Assembly (NCBI GenBank): GCA_041752275.1
Contig: JBGSHK010000015.1
Coordinates: 64,641-128,640 of the forward strand
Source of the DNA: Minisyncoccia bacterium
GTDB taxonomy: Bacteria; Patescibacteriota; Minisyncoccia; Phycocordibacterales; CAIZLB01
Reading direction: 5' to 3'
DNA: 64,000 nt
Shown here: positions 10,316-20,758 of the stretch, in pieces
Layout of the letters: each line of letters starts with the position of its first letter
Numbering within the stretch: the first letter of the stretch is position 1
Notes under the pieces: generated by a model
Told to the model about the DNA's origin: nothing
What the model saw: the letters and a program-made list of their open reading frames with translations, nothing else
Database searches by the model: none
Translations under genes and position numbers: made by a program

Positions 10316-11428
10316 ATGGCAAAAATGGTAAAAAAACAAAAATCTGAACCTGAAGAAGATGAAGATTTATTAGAGGGTGAAGAAGATGATACAGTAGACT
10401 CTGACACAGGAGTAAAATCCAAGAAAGGTAAAAAAGGGTCTAAAGATACTGATTCTTCTATACTTGATACTATAGCTGAGATTAAAAGTCGTTTCGGTGA
10501 AGAGTCCATCATGAAGCTTGGTGAAAAACCTCGGTTAAATGTAGATGTTGTTTCAACTGGTTCTATAGGTTTAGACGCTGCGCTCGGTGTAGGTGGTTTA
10601 CCAAAGGGGCGTATTATAGAAATATTTGGACCCGAGTCTTCAGGTAAAACAACACTTGCACTTCATGTGATAGCAGAGTCTCAGAAAAAAGGTGGTGTAT
10701 GTGCATACATAGACGCAGAACATGCTATGGATCCTGACTATGCAGGAAAGCTTGGTGTAAATATAAACAACCTGCTTATATCGCAACCTGATGCTGGAGA
10801 GCAGGCTCTTGAGATAACAGAGAGTCTTGTTCGAAGTGGTAAGATAGATGTTATAGTTATAGACTCTGTGGCAGCTCTAACACCCAAAGACGAGATCGAG
10901 GGAGATATGGGTGCACATCATGTTGGTAAACAAGCAAGACTAATGTCACAGGCACTTAGAAAACTTACAGCTATCACAGCTAAAAGCGGAACTATAGTTA
11001 TCTTTATAAATCAAATACGTATGCAGATAGGTGTTATGTTTGGTAACCCGGAAACTACACCAGGTGGAAAAGCTTTAAAGTTTTATACTTCTGTTAGACT
11101 TGATATCAGACGTATAGCTCAGATCAAAAAAGGAGAAGATATAATGGGAGGACGTGTTCGAGTTAAGGTTGTAAAAAACAAAGTCGCTGCCCCGTTTAAA
11201 CAAACTGAGTTTGACCTAATGTATAACGAAGGTATATCACTTGAAGGTGAAATGATAGCTCTAGGTGAGAAGATGAAACTGATCACAAAAAGTGGATCAT
11301 CATATGCATATGGTGATATAAAACTAGGCCGAGGGTATGATGCAACGAGACAGTTTTTGAAAGAAAAAGAAAACAAGGCAGTTAAGGATAAGATACTTAA
11401 GGAGATAAGGGATCAGTTGAAAGAATAA
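10316..11428 (+). CDS. recA: recombinase RecA (with acidic N-terminal extension)
   Basis: Walker [14 protein letters not shown]1/L2 loop regions and an overall RecA core; about 60 extra acidic N-terminal residues. Confidence 0.9.
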   Translation: MAKMVKKQKSEPEEDEDLLEGEEDDTVDSDTGVKSKKGKKGSKDTDSSILDTIAEIKSRFGEESIMKLGEKPRLNVDVVSTGSIGLDAALGVGGLPKGRIIEIFGPESSGKTTLALHVIAESQKKGGVCAYIDAEHAMDPDYAGKLGVNINNLLISQPDAGEQALEITESLVRSGKIDVIVIDSVAALTPKDEIEGDMGAHHVGKQARLMSQALRKLTAITAKSGTIVIFINQIRMQIGVMFGNPETTPGGKALKFYTSVRLDIRRIAQIKKGEDIMGGRVRVKVVKNKVAAPFKQTEFDLMYNEGISLEGEMIALGEKMKLITKSGSSYAYGDIKLGRGYDATRQFLKEKENKAVKDKILKEIRDQLKE

Positions 11429-11487
11429 AGCTCAAACAAAAAATATGCATTCTCTAAAGAAGAAATGCATATTTTTTGTTTTCATTT
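11428..11487. repeat. conserved ~60-nt bidirectional terminator element, copy 1 (second copy at 59170-59227)
   Basis: aagctcaaacaaaaaatatgcattctctaaagaagaaatgcatattttttgttttca; copy 2 differs by two compensatory base-pair changes in the stem with the loop conserved; it sits between convergent recA and rpsR. Confidence 0.6.
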
Positions 11488-11565
11488 TAAAGGACCCACT
11501 CTAGAGTGCGGTGATTTATCCAGGTTGAGTTAACAACACCCTAGAGCTCGGGCCCCTAAACCTGA

Positions 11566-11606
11566 ATAAAAAAATAAAGCCTCATTTCTTGGAGGCTTTA
11601 TTTTTT
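11566..11606. terminator. bidirectional terminator downstream of rpsR
   Basis: Hairpin aaagcctc-atttctt-ggaggcttt flanked by A- and T-runs. Confidence 0.5.
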
Positions 11607-11615
11607 AAGAAGGTT

Positions 11616-11822
11616 TTATCCCAAGTTGATATACGGCGTTAAAGCCATAAATCTTGATCTTTTGATAGCTAAGCTCAGCTTTCTTTGGTTTTGAGCAGTA
11701 ACACCCGATCTCTTTCTTCCTATAATTCTACCGTATTTATTAACAAATTTGTTTAATAAATCAGTATCTTTATAATCAATATGCTTGATATTGTGATCAG
11801 TAAAATAACATTTTTTTGACAT
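11616..11822 (-). CDS. rpsR: 30S ribosomal protein S18
   Basis: 68 aa with the S18 signature (GRKRSGVTAQNQRKLSLAIKRSRFMALTPY). Confidence 0.85.
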   Translation of the reverse strand: MSKKCYFTDHNIKHIDYKDTDLLNKFVNKYGRIIGRKRSGVTAQNQRKLSLAIKRSRFMALTPYINLG

Positions 11823-11866
11823 GATTTTTGTATATTTTGATTATGATTAATGATAAGTATTAAGTC

Positions 11867-12337
11867 TTAAAAAGGTATATCTTCTGGGTTTATATCTTCA
11901 TCTGGGTATTGAACTTCTCCAGCATCGGGTACTGACTGATCAGCACCATCATTTGTTGAAGTTGTACTGTTACCTGTAAATGGAGCATTCGATGTACCTG
12001 CACCACTCTTTGAACTTGGTCCGAACTGAAAGCTTTCTAAAACAATCTCTGTTCTATAGTTTTTCTTTCCATCTTGCCCATCCCAACTTCTAGTCTGTAT
12101 TCTACCTTCAACATATAGAGGGTTTCCCTTCTTAACGTATTGATGTATCACTTCAGCTTGTTTGCCGAAGGCTACAATGTTGTGATACTCAGGAACATCT
12201 TTTTTAGCACCAGAAGCATCTTTTATAGATCTGTTTGTTGCCAAAGAAAAAGAGTTTACATGTATACCCGATGGTAAAGACTTTAGTTCAGGATCTTTTG
12301 TTAAATTTCCATATAATACTACCTTGTTTATGTACAT
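11867..12337 (-). CDS. ssb: single-stranded DNA-binding protein
   Basis: OB-fold N-terminus MYINKVVLYGNLTKDPELK, a Gly/Asn-rich linker and the C-terminal acidic tail ending DIPF; lies between rpsF and rpsR in the canonical operon order. Start taken at the internal Met. Confidence 0.85.
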   Translation of the reverse strand: MYINKVVLYGNLTKDPELKSLPSGIHVNSFSLATNRSIKDASGAKKDVPEYHNIVAFGKQAEVIHQYVKKGNPLYVEGRIQTRSWDGQDGKKNYRTEIVLESFQFGPSSKSGAGTSNAPFTGNSTTSTNDGADQSVPDAGEVQYPDEDINPEDIPF

Positions 12338-12432
12338 AATTTTTATTTTTTTATTTAGTTTATAATTGTATGTTTTGAAGCTTCGAGTTAACGATGGGCT
12401 GCACATTCATACCAAATAAAGCTATAAGAGAA

Positions 12433-12918
12433 TTATTTCTCTTCAGTTTCTGAACTAGTTTCTGGGACAACGTCGTCAACAACTTCTTCAGTTGCAACTG
12501 CTGCGTCTACCTCCTTTGAGAGAACTTCATCATCGTAGTCAGGTAAAATATCTTTAGCTACAAGTGTGTTTTCTCTTACTGTTTTCACAATAAGATATCT
12601 AAGCGTGTCATCAAGTTCTTTTACAAACTTTTCAAATGTTGCTAGCTTACTTGCTTCTAATTCAAACTTTACCCAGCCAAAAAATGCAGTTTCATACCAT
12701 TTCTTTTGAGCTTTGATGGTCTTTGGAATCTCATAAGCAAGATTAAACATGCGAGGAATTGATTCAGAGATGATTTCTCCTTCTAATTTCTCTATATTTG
12801 ACTTGATTTTTGAAAATTCTATTTGAACATCAGCCTCAGAAAGGGTTGGAAGGAGATGAATTCCTAATTCATATACCTTGAAGCCTTCTTTTGTGCTTTC
12901 TATATTAATTTCAGTCAT
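12433..12918 (-). CDS. rpsF: 30S ribosomal protein S6 (with acidic C-terminal extension)
   Basis: S6-like N-terminal domain (YELGIHLLP...RMFNLAYEI); position upstream of ssb-rpsR; acidic tail. Confidence 0.65.
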   Translation of the reverse strand: MTEINIESTKEGFKVYELGIHLLPTLSEADVQIEFSKIKSNIEKLEGEIISESIPRMFNLAYEIPKTIKAQKKWYETAFFGWVKFELEASKLATFEKFVKELDDTLRYLIVKTVRENTLVAKDILPDYDDEVLSKEVDAAVATEEVVDDVVPETSSETEEK

Positions 12919-12942
12919 AAAGAACACTTTATCATACAATGC

Positions 12943-13818
12943 TTATTTAAGCCAGTATTTCTTAGCATTGTTATAAAAGACATCTATAACCTCGTTTATA
13001 TCTATATCTTTGACCTCAGCTATCTTTTTATATATCTCTCGAACATGGTTTGGGTTGTTTTTTTGACCACGAAAAGACTTAGGTGACACATATGGACTAT
13101 CTGTTTCGGCAAACATGCGCTCTATAGGTACAAATCTTATCAAGTCCTCATACGACTCAACAAAGGTCACAACACCAGTAAAAGATATACTGAAACCCAA
13201 GTCAAGAAACTCTTTAGCTTCATCTATGGTTCCTGCAAAAAAATGTACATTACCTTTATATTCTTTCATAACACCTATAAAATTTTCTTTAAGAATTTCT
13301 AAAGTTTTACTGTAGGAATCCCGAACATGTAACATCAAAGGAAGGTCATATTTTATAGACATTTTTATCTGATTTATAAATATTTCTTTTTGAAAATCTT
13401 TGATTTTTTCCAAATCCGGCTCATTAATGTTATCAGCTGTAATTCTAAAATAATCTAAACCACACTCCCCTATACCACATATATCTTTGTTTACGACATG
13501 TTTTGATTTATCAAAACAGAAGTGCCCTTGTGGTGAACTTTCATCTTTTAACAAATCTTCTATGTCATATATACCTTCTGGATAAAGAGGATGCAGTCCA
13601 GCGGTGGACCACAAAAGTTCTGGATATTTTTGACTCAACTCAATACCATCCCTTGAACTTTTTTCATCAACTCCTACATTTATTCCTATAACATTATTTT
13701 TTTGCATTTCTGCCAAAATCTCAGTTCGATCTTCATCAAAATCAGCAAATTGTAAATGACAATGTAAATCTACAAATGGATTTTTAGTTGTTATTTCTTG
13801 GTTTTCAGAATTTGCCAT
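12943..13818 (-). CDS. tatD: TatD-family metal-dependent hydrolase (DNase)
   Basis: HCH metal-binding motif near the N-terminus (DLHCHLQF), internal His/Glu ligands and a C-terminal ETDSPY motif. Confidence 0.8.
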   Translation of the reverse strand: MANSENQEITTKNPFVDLHCHLQFADFDEDRTEILAEMQKNNVIGINVGVDEKSSRDGIELSQKYPELLWSTAGLHPLYPEGIYDIEDLLKDESSPQGHFCFDKSKHVVNKDICGIGECGLDYFRITADNINEPDLEKIKDFQKEIFINQIKMSIKYDLPLMLHVRDSYSKTLEILKENFIGVMKEYKGNVHFFAGTIDEAKEFLDLGFSISFTGVVTFVESYEDLIRFVPIERMFAETDSPYVSPKSFRGQKNNPNHVREIYKKIAEVKDIDINEVIDVFYNNAKKYWLK

Positions 13819-13838
13819 GGTGATAATGTCTAATTTAA

Positions 13839-15347
13839 TTATTTACTTTCTATCTCTACTTTTGGAAATAAAGGTTTTTCTGGCATTTCTCTGTTTTGTA
13901 TATGTTGAATAATCTTAGAAACTGTTTTAGGTAATATAGGTTGAATGAAATGCACTATAGTGTAGAAATCAATTAACATGTCACCTACTATTTTTCTTGC
14001 CTCATCTGGATTTGTTTTGAAAAGTTTAAATGGTTCTTTTGTTTGTATATCTGCATCAATTTGAGACAATTCTTTCCATAGAGTATTTGAATAATTATTT
14101 ATATCAAAATTTATAAGAGTTTTCTTTAGATTTTCTTGAAGTTTTATATACAAATCTGTCTTATCGATGTTATCAAAGTTTACAGTCACATCATAAGATA
14201 TCATCATTTTTATTAAACGATTTGTAAGGTTTCCAAGTCCATTTGATAAATAACTATTGTAGTTAGATATAATCAAATCTTCTGTTATTTCACCGTCATC
14301 AAAAACCGGGATATTATTTGCAAAATAAAAACGTAAGCCTTCTGCGCCAATCTTAGAAATCATCTCTATAGGACTAATAACATTTCCTATACTTTTACTC
14401 ATCTTGCGCCCTCCTGATTGCATCATACCGTGTACTATCAAGTTCTTAGGTAGTGGTACATCTGCCGCTAAAAGCATAGCTGGCCATATAAAAGCATGGA
14501 ATTTTAATATATCTTTACCTATAACATGCACTGTTTGCGACTTATCATTATTCCAAAATGTGTTATATAGACTTTCGGGATGCTCTTGACCTTCTGACCC
14601 GTAACCAAGTGCTGATATATAGTTAACTAAAGCATCGCCCCAAACATATATACCCTGAGTTTCATCTCCTGGGACTTGTATAACATTTACTTGTCCCTTG
14701 TTTGGTCTGGAAAAACTAAGATCTGCAACGTCTTTGTCTATAATATTTAATATTTCGTTTTTTCTTGACTCTGGAAATATTTTTATAGTGTCATTTGAGA
14801 TAATCTCTTTTACTTTACTTGCGTATTTTGATAGTTTAAAGAAATAATTTTTCTCTTTGATAAAATCCGGAATTACTCCATGATCAGGACACAATCCATC
14901 AACTAAATCTTTTTCTGTTTTAAAACTTTCACAGCCAATACAATAAAACCCTTCATAAAAACCTTCATATATATCCCCTTGTTCTTTAAGTTTATTCCAT
15001 AAAGCCATAACACCTGGATGATGTCTTTTTTTATCTGTTGTTCTTATATAGTCATCATAAGAAATATCTAACTCTGCAAAAAGAGCCTCAACATTTTTTA
15101 CTTGTATATCTAAATAGTCCATCACATCCATGTTTAACTGATCAGCCTTTTCTTGTATTTTTAAACTATTTTCATCAGCACCTGTTAGAAAATAAGTTTT
15201 CATACCAGCCAGTCTGGCCATACGTGCCAAAATATCACACATAGAAGATGTATAAGTGTGACCTATATGTAGATTACCGTTAGGGTAAAAAATAGGTGTT
15301 GTTATATAAAAATTTGTTTTATTTACTGTATCTGATTTATTTTCCAT
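13839..15347 (-). CDS. metG: methionyl-tRNA synthetase (short form lacking C-terminal tRNA-binding domain)
   Basis: HIGH motif (NLHIGHTYT) and KMSKS (GRKMSKSIGN); at 502 aa it has no C-terminal EMAP/Trbp111-like domain. Confidence 0.85.
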   Translation of the reverse strand: MENKSDTVNKTNFYITTPIFYPNGNLHIGHTYTSSMCDILARMARLAGMKTYFLTGADENSLKIQEKADQLNMDVMDYLDIQVKNVEALFAELDISYDDYIRTTDKKRHHPGVMALWNKLKEQGDIYEGFYEGFYCIGCESFKTEKDLVDGLCPDHGVIPDFIKEKNYFFKLSKYASKVKEIISNDTIKIFPESRKNEILNIIDKDVADLSFSRPNKGQVNVIQVPGDETQGIYVWGDALVNYISALGYGSEGQEHPESLYNTFWNNDKSQTVHVIGKDILKFHAFIWPAMLLAADVPLPKNLIVHGMMQSGGRKMSKSIGNVISPIEMISKIGAEGLRFYFANNIPVFDDGEITEDLIISNYNSYLSNGLGNLTNRLIKMMISYDVTVNFDNIDKTDLYIKLQENLKKTLINFDINNYSNTLWKELSQIDADIQTKEPFKLFKTNPDEARKIVGDMLIDFYTIVHFIQPILPKTVSKIIQHIQNREMPEKPLFPKVEIESK

Positions 15348-15368
15348 ATAGACAATATATCATAAAAA

Positions 15369-16439
15369 CTAAAGCGTTTCTTCTTGTTCAATCATACTGT
15401 CTCTGCGTTTTTTATCATCTAAAAATTCAACTATAAGCACAGATATAGGAACTGATAATATAACTCCAACAAAACCTGCCAACTCTATACCGGCTATTAG
15501 AGATATAATAACAAGAAGTGAAGGAACACCTATTATTTTTTTCATAACAGATGGATATATTATATTTGCCTCTATTTGATGTATAAGAGTAAAGACAATA
15601 AGAACTATAAATGCAGTAGTTATGCCCCCACTTACAAAAGTTAATAAAAAAGCTACAGCTGTAGATACAAAAGTTCCGAGTATAGGTATAAGCTCCATGA
15701 ATCCTGCAATAAGTGCTATCAAGAATATGTTTTGTATTTGATCACCTAAAAATATTTTCAAAACTGACAAAGAAACTAATACTATTAAAAAAACTATACC
15801 CATTAATATGAGTTGACCTTGCATCCACAAACCTATCTTTCTCTGTACTCTATTCCAAAGATCTACTATATATTTTTCATATTCTTTTGGGGAAATAAGT
15901 CTTAAAAACTTGGCTATACCTTTTTCCTCCATAGAAAGATATACAGATAAAACTAAAACCAGTACAAAAGAAACTATACTGTTGAAGAATCGGTTGAATG
16001 TATCGAAAATACCTCCAGCAAAGTTTGAGAAGTATGAAGTTATAAGACTGGTTAAGTCTTCCAATGATATGGTTGGTGGTATATCAGGAAAAACACTTTT
16101 AGCAGTTTTGTATAAACTTTTTTGTATAGGATCAAGTAGGTCTGAAGTTTTAATAGTATCAGGAAGAGAGTTTAATGCACTTATAGACTGTTTTAATAGT
16201 GGCGGTACAGCAAAGAAAAAGAATGATAGGAAAACAGCTAATAATAGTAAATAAGAAAATATAGCAGCAAATCCCCTGTTCATGCCCAATTTTTTGAAAA
16301 ATAACACTAAAGGTTCCATAAAAGAAGCAACAACTACAGCTAGTAAAACCGACACAATTAGAGATTGAAGTTTCATAAGGGCTACAAATATCAATATACC
16401 TATTATTACCTTAAAAATATCTTTTGAGGTTATTTTCAT
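15369..16439 (-). CDS. AI-2E family (PerM/UPF0118) transporter
   Basis: Polytopic membrane protein (~8 TM) with an AI-2E-like hydrophobic profile; start trimmed to the internal MKITSKD to avoid overlap with glyQS. Confidence 0.6.
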   Translation of the reverse strand: MKITSKDIFKVIIGILIFVALMKLQSLIVSVLLAVVVASFMEPLVLFFKKLGMNRGFAAIFSYLLLLAVFLSFFFFAVPPLLKQSISALNSLPDTIKTSDLLDPIQKSLYKTAKSVFPDIPPTISLEDLTSLITSYFSNFAGGIFDTFNRFFNSIVSFVLVLVLSVYLSMEEKGIAKFLRLISPKEYEKYIVDLWNRVQRKIGLWMQGQLILMGIVFLIVLVSLSVLKIFLGDQIQNIFLIALIAGFMELIPILGTFVSTAVAFLLTFVSGGITTAFIVLIVFTLIHQIEANIIYPSVMKKIIGVPSLLVIISLIAGIELAGFVGVILSVPISVLIVEFLDDKKRRDSMIEQEETL

Positions 16440-16476
16440 AGTTGTATTGTATGTTTTTTTGTGGGGGGATGCAACT

Positions 16477-17856
16477 TTACCCAAACATCTCCTCCAAATC
16501 CTCAATCTTCACAATCTCCTGCTTTCCACTGTCTCTGTCACGAAGTGTTACAGTACCTTTCTCTAAGGTGTCAAAATCAACTGTTAAACATATAGGTGTT
16601 CCTATCTCATCTTGTCTTCTATATCTCTTTCCTATACTTTGTGTCTCATCATAGACTATCTTTGATTTTGCTACGCCGTTTTTTGTTGCGATATTTTTCA
16701 CCATTTCAAATATTTCTTTGGCTTTGGCAACCAAATCTTCTTTATTTTTAACCAACGGCAATATAGCAACTCTGTATGGTGCTATAGCAGGAGCGAGTTT
16801 TAAAACAATACGCTCTTCGTCAGCCATAGTGTCTGTAGTATATGCGGTAGACAAAATAGCCAATATACTTCTATCCAAACCAAATGATGGTTCAATACAA
16901 TGTGGAATAAATCTCTCTTTAGTCTCCTCATCAAAATATGATAAATCAACTTTTGAACCTTCACTATGTGCTTTCAAATCAAAGTCAGTTCTGTTGGCAA
17001 GACCAAAAAGTTCTTTTCTTCCTATTGGAAAATCATATTCAAAATCTATAGTCCTTGATGAATAGTGCGCTCTATCTTCATCTGCTATCTCTAGTTCATG
17101 TAGTTTGGCTTTATCTAAACCTATGTCTTGTATAAACTCTTTTATTTCTTTTTGAAAATGTGAGAATGCCTCGTCTGCATTTTTTGGATTTGTAAAATAT
17201 TCTATTTCCATTTGCTCAAATTCTCTTACACGAAAAACAAAATCTCTTGGTGCTATCTCATTTCTAAAAGCTTTACCGATCTGCGCCATACCAAATGGTA
17301 ACTTTGGATGAAATGTATCTTGTATGTTTTTAAAGTTTACAAACATACCCTGTGCTGTTTCAGGACGAAGATATACTACGTTGTCATCTGACTCTATAGC
17401 ACCTATATTTGTTTTAAACATCATGTTAAATTGTCTAACTTCTCCGAAATCATTTCCATCAGTTGATTTTATTTTATTTTCTTTAATCATTGTATCCATA
17501 TCACTTAAAGATTTTCCAGATACAGAAAATCCAGCAGCCTCAAGCACATGATCAGCTCTATATCTTTTTTTAGTTTTAAGATCTTCAACTAACGGATCTG
17601 CAAATCCCCCAACATGACCTGAAGCAATCCAAACCTTTGGATTCATAAGTATGGCCGCATCTACTCCATACATATCACTGCGATTATCTACAAATCTCTC
17701 CCACCATATCTTTTTCACCTGATCTTTAACCATAAGACCCAAAGGACCATAATCCCAAGTACCAGAAAGACCTCCATATATATCAGATCCCTGGTATATA
17801 AAACCACGACGTTTACACAGTGAAATAATATCTTCTAGAGTTGTTTCTTTAGCCAT
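16477..17856 (-). CDS. glyQS: glycyl-tRNA synthetase (dimeric class II, GlyQS type)
   Basis: N-terminus MAKETTLEDIISLCKRRGFIYQGSDIYGGLSGTWDYGPLG and class II motifs; 459 aa. Confidence 0.85.
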   Translation of the reverse strand: MAKETTLEDIISLCKRRGFIYQGSDIYGGLSGTWDYGPLGLMVKDQVKKIWWERFVDNRSDMYGVDAAILMNPKVWIASGHVGGFADPLVEDLKTKKRYRADHVLEAAGFSVSGKSLSDMDTMIKENKIKSTDGNDFGEVRQFNMMFKTNIGAIESDDNVVYLRPETAQGMFVNFKNIQDTFHPKLPFGMAQIGKAFRNEIAPRDFVFRVREFEQMEIEYFTNPKNADEAFSHFQKEIKEFIQDIGLDKAKLHELEIADEDRAHYSSRTIDFEYDFPIGRKELFGLANRTDFDLKAHSEGSKVDLSYFDEETKERFIPHCIEPSFGLDRSILAILSTAYTTDTMADEERIVLKLAPAIAPYRVAILPLVKNKEDLVAKAKEIFEMVKNIATKNGVAKSKIVYDETQSIGKRYRRQDEIGTPICLTVDFDTLEKGTVTLRDRDSGKQEIVKIEDLEEMFG

Positions 17857-17885
17857 ATAGTATCGATATTAACACATATTACAAC

Positions 17886-20132
17886 CTATTTCACCCTACT
17901 ATCTATCTCCGCATTTGTACCGGTTGTAATATCTGTGGTCATGGAATTATTTTTTAATAATAATTTATCCCCTGTAAAACTATCTGTTGCTGTTATGAAT
18001 GGTTCAATAATAGTTACCGGGATCTGACCTGTTTGTGTTAAGGTTGGTGTAAAACCTATATCAAAATAAAATTCTTTTATAGACTTATCTATACCAACAC
18101 CTGCCTCTATATCACCTAAACTTATGGATATTTCTCGGGTTGATTTATTATATTTTAAAGAAGATGATGGTATATTTGAACTATAAGAATTTTTCCATAT
18201 AGAATTTGGTGGTAATTTTGCAATAAATACAACATCTTTAATAGTGTTTGCTGTATTTGAAATATTTCCAGTATACCTAAAAACAGTTTCTTTATTTACC
18301 TCAGGAGAATATGCTCCTCCAAAATATGATAGATTTGAAATAAATAAGACTTCAGTTTTTAATCTTAATTGTTTTTTTGTACTTGCAACAATTGATTCAG
18401 GAACTCTATTTTCACCAAGTCTTTGAGCATTCACGTTTACAGTAAGCTCAGAAGTTGCTCTTCTTAATGTTTTTATAAAGTTTTCTTCACTTGAAATAGT
18501 TCCTATACTGAAACTCATCTCTCTGGTTTCTCCCGGTGATATAACCGCCAACCTTGAATTTGTTGATTTATCCCAAAAAATAACATCTCTATTTGAATCA
18601 TAAAATCCATTATCAGTCTTAACACTTCTCCTATCTATTAAAACTCCTCCCAACAAAACCTCAACAATAACATCTGTAACACTGTCAGGTAATGTGTTTG
18701 TTACAGATAAATCAATTCTCAAATCTTGATCATATTGAACTGATTTATTTTCAGAACTATCTCCATCTATTAACAATTTAGTAATAACAAATGGCTTACG
18801 TATAGAAACTTGATTATCTTGAGTTGATAAAACTGTAAGCATTTCTTTAGTTTTAGGATCTTCTATGCCAATAATAAATCTAAAATTTTTGTCTACATTT
18901 ATCTCTCCTAAGAATTTACCCTTAAGACTAATGGTTGTTGAAGATAGAGAATTTATACTTTCAAATGACCAAGTGTTATTATTTGATACAGGTTTTATAT
19001 TTGATTCCAATAACTTATATCCAAAAGGATACTCTATCATCAACTGTATATTTTCTAATATTTCCTCTGTATTTGAATTTATTTCAATATCAAAATTTAA
19101 CTCTTGATTGTTATTGATTTCTTTTATATTTGATATAACAATATTTATAGGACTACCAACTATAAAAACACTTACATTTTTTTCAGTTTGAAAAATTGTA
19201 GACGAATCATTTATATTAAACTCATAAGAATAATTTATATTTTTTTTAATATTTTGCTCACCAAAAAAAACAACAGAGTTTTTCTTTCTTATTGTCTCAC
19301 CTGGTTTTATTGTACCAACAGAAATTCTTTCATTTGTTAAATCTTGATTTTTATTAAATGGAGATCTTGAACCACTTGGATATTGTATTATTAAATCTGA
19401 CAATATTAATTCTGAATTATTATTATTTGTAATATCTATAATAAAATCAGAAACTTCCCCACTTTTAACAGAAACGGGTCCTGTAACTTTTATATCTATT
19501 TTATTTGTAGATATGGTATTTTTTCCATTTAATATGTTTATATATGTATAGAAAAAAGAACCTACAAAAATAATAAATACAAATATAAATATAATAAGAC
19601 TAAAGTTAAAGTTATTTTTTTTCTTTTTTGATAGTTTTATATCATCTTGCATATCTGCGGTTTCACCTATTTTTACAGTTTTTAAATTAGCATGATAATT
19701 TGGCTGAAAATTATTTTTATTTTCAACAGTTTTATTTAATTTAAGATTTGGGTATAAACTATTTATGTTTTTAGCATCAAGCTGTGCCTGTGCTATTTTT
19801 AAAGTCGCAGTTGTTTTATCTAACTTATTTTCAATATCATCAGCTCTTTTATTGCTATAAAAATCAGCATTGTTATTATTTTCAAATCTATTGTTTAAAA
19901 AATCATTTATGGATTCTTTTTCTTCTTCTGGTTTTATTTTAACACTTTTACTATCTTTATCATCTTTACTATCTTTATTTTTTATAATTTCTTTTTCCCA
20001 ATTTTTAGGTATATTTAAATCATGCTTATGTAAAGAGTTTAGTTTAGAAGTATCATCAGTTAAAGATCTTGAATATAGCTTTTGTTTTAACTTATTTATT
20101 TTATTTACATCTTCATCACTTAGATTATTCAT
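17886..20132 (-). CDS. hypothetical large membrane-anchored protein (charged N-terminal region, 1 TM, ~550-aa extracytoplasmic region)
   Basis: 748 aa with a single TM (FSLIIFIFVFIIFVGSFFYTYI); Asn/Ile/Ser-rich, no recognisable catalytic motif. Confidence 0.35.
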   Translation of the reverse strand: MNNLSDEDVNKINKLKQKLYSRSLTDDTSKLNSLHKHDLNIPKNWEKEIIKNKDSKDDKDSKSVKIKPEEEKESINDFLNNRFENNNNADFYSNKRADDIENKLDKTTATLKIAQAQLDAKNINSLYPNLKLNKTVENKNNFQPNYHANLKTVKIGETADMQDDIKLSKKKKNNFNFSLIIFIFVFIIFVGSFFYTYINILNGKNTISTNKIDIKVTGPVSVKSGEVSDFIIDITNNNNSELILSDLIIQYPSGSRSPFNKNQDLTNERISVGTIKPGETIRKKNSVVFFGEQNIKKNINYSYEFNINDSSTIFQTEKNVSVFIVGSPINIVISNIKEINNNQELNFDIEINSNTEEILENIQLMIEYPFGYKLLESNIKPVSNNNTWSFESINSLSSTTISLKGKFLGEINVDKNFRFIIGIEDPKTKEMLTVLSTQDNQVSIRKPFVITKLLIDGDSSENKSVQYDQDLRIDLSVTNTLPDSVTDVIVEVLLGGVLIDRRSVKTDNGFYDSNRDVIFWDKSTNSRLAVISPGETREMSFSIGTISSEENFIKTLRRATSELTVNVNAQRLGENRVPESIVASTKKQLRLKTEVLFISNLSYFGGAYSPEVNKETVFRYTGNISNTANTIKDVVFIAKLPPNSIWKNSYSSNIPSSSLKYNKSTREISISLGDIEAGVGIDKSIKEFYFDIGFTPTLTQTGQIPVTIIEPFITATDSFTGDKLLLKNNSMTTDITTGTNAEIDSRVK

Positions 20133-20171
20133 ATCTATATTATAAACTTATGTATTGATTGACGCAAAGAT

Positions 20172-20753
20172 TTAAAAATTTAACTTTTTATGCAAATTTT
20201 GTATAGTTAGATTTTTATTTTCAAAATATATAGACAAATTTTCAGATTCTTTATTTAATATATTTTCAATATCAACTTTTTCAACAAAACCTTGTAAACC
20301 CCTTATGTAAACAATAAAAAAAATATTAACTATTTCCAAAAAATGTTTCTTGTTTGGTTTGTCACTTTTAACTATATAGATAATAAATTTAGATAAGTGA
20401 ATAATCATATTATATATTTGAGTATTAATATCATCAAAATAATCTCTTTCGTCATTAAAAAACAAACTTTCAGCTATACGTAAAAACTTAACAAGACTCT
20501 TTGAGTTGGCAAATAAAAACTTATGGTTAACATCAGTTAATCTAAAAAATTCTTTTCCGCGAACTATGGCTATTTTGTTAACTGAAAAAGCCTTAATATT
20601 TCCTTTTAGTTTGGATGATTCTTTTCTGAAACTAGTAGCTATGATATTTATAACACCAAATTTATCAGAAAAAGCCTTTATCAAACAGTCATTTTCTTGA
20701 ATGTTTTTTATATCGAATATGATACAGTCTGTTTCATATATGGTGTAGACCAT
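20172..20753 (-). CDS. recO: putative DNA repair protein RecO (short)
   Basis: N-terminal OB-fold pattern resembling RecO (DCIIFDIKNIQENDCLIKAFSDKFGVINIIATSFRKESSKLKGNIKAFSVNKIAIVRGKEFFRL); 193 aa. Confidence 0.4.
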   Translation of the reverse strand: MVYTIYETDCIIFDIKNIQENDCLIKAFSDKFGVINIIATSFRKESSKLKGNIKAFSVNKIAIVRGKEFFRLTDVNHKFLFANSKSLVKFLRIAESLFFNDERDYFDDINTQIYNMIIHLSKFIIYIVKSDKPNKKHFLEIVNIFFIVYIRGLQGFVEKVDIENILNKESENLSIYFENKNLTIQNLHKKLNF

Positions 20754-20758
20754 AAAAT

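Noticed and set aside
10291-10512. 73-aa minus-strand ORF overlapping the recA start.
   Set aside because: It is an antisense shadow of the acidic N-terminal extension of RecA (its Ser/Asp-rich composition mirrors the E/D codons).
16477-16505. 29-nt overlap between glyQS and the AI-2E transporter ORF as a possible programmed overlap.
   Set aside because: The transporter ORF has a better internal start (MKITSKD at 16439) that removes the overlap. The upstream 22 codons are not hydrophobic or conserved-looking.
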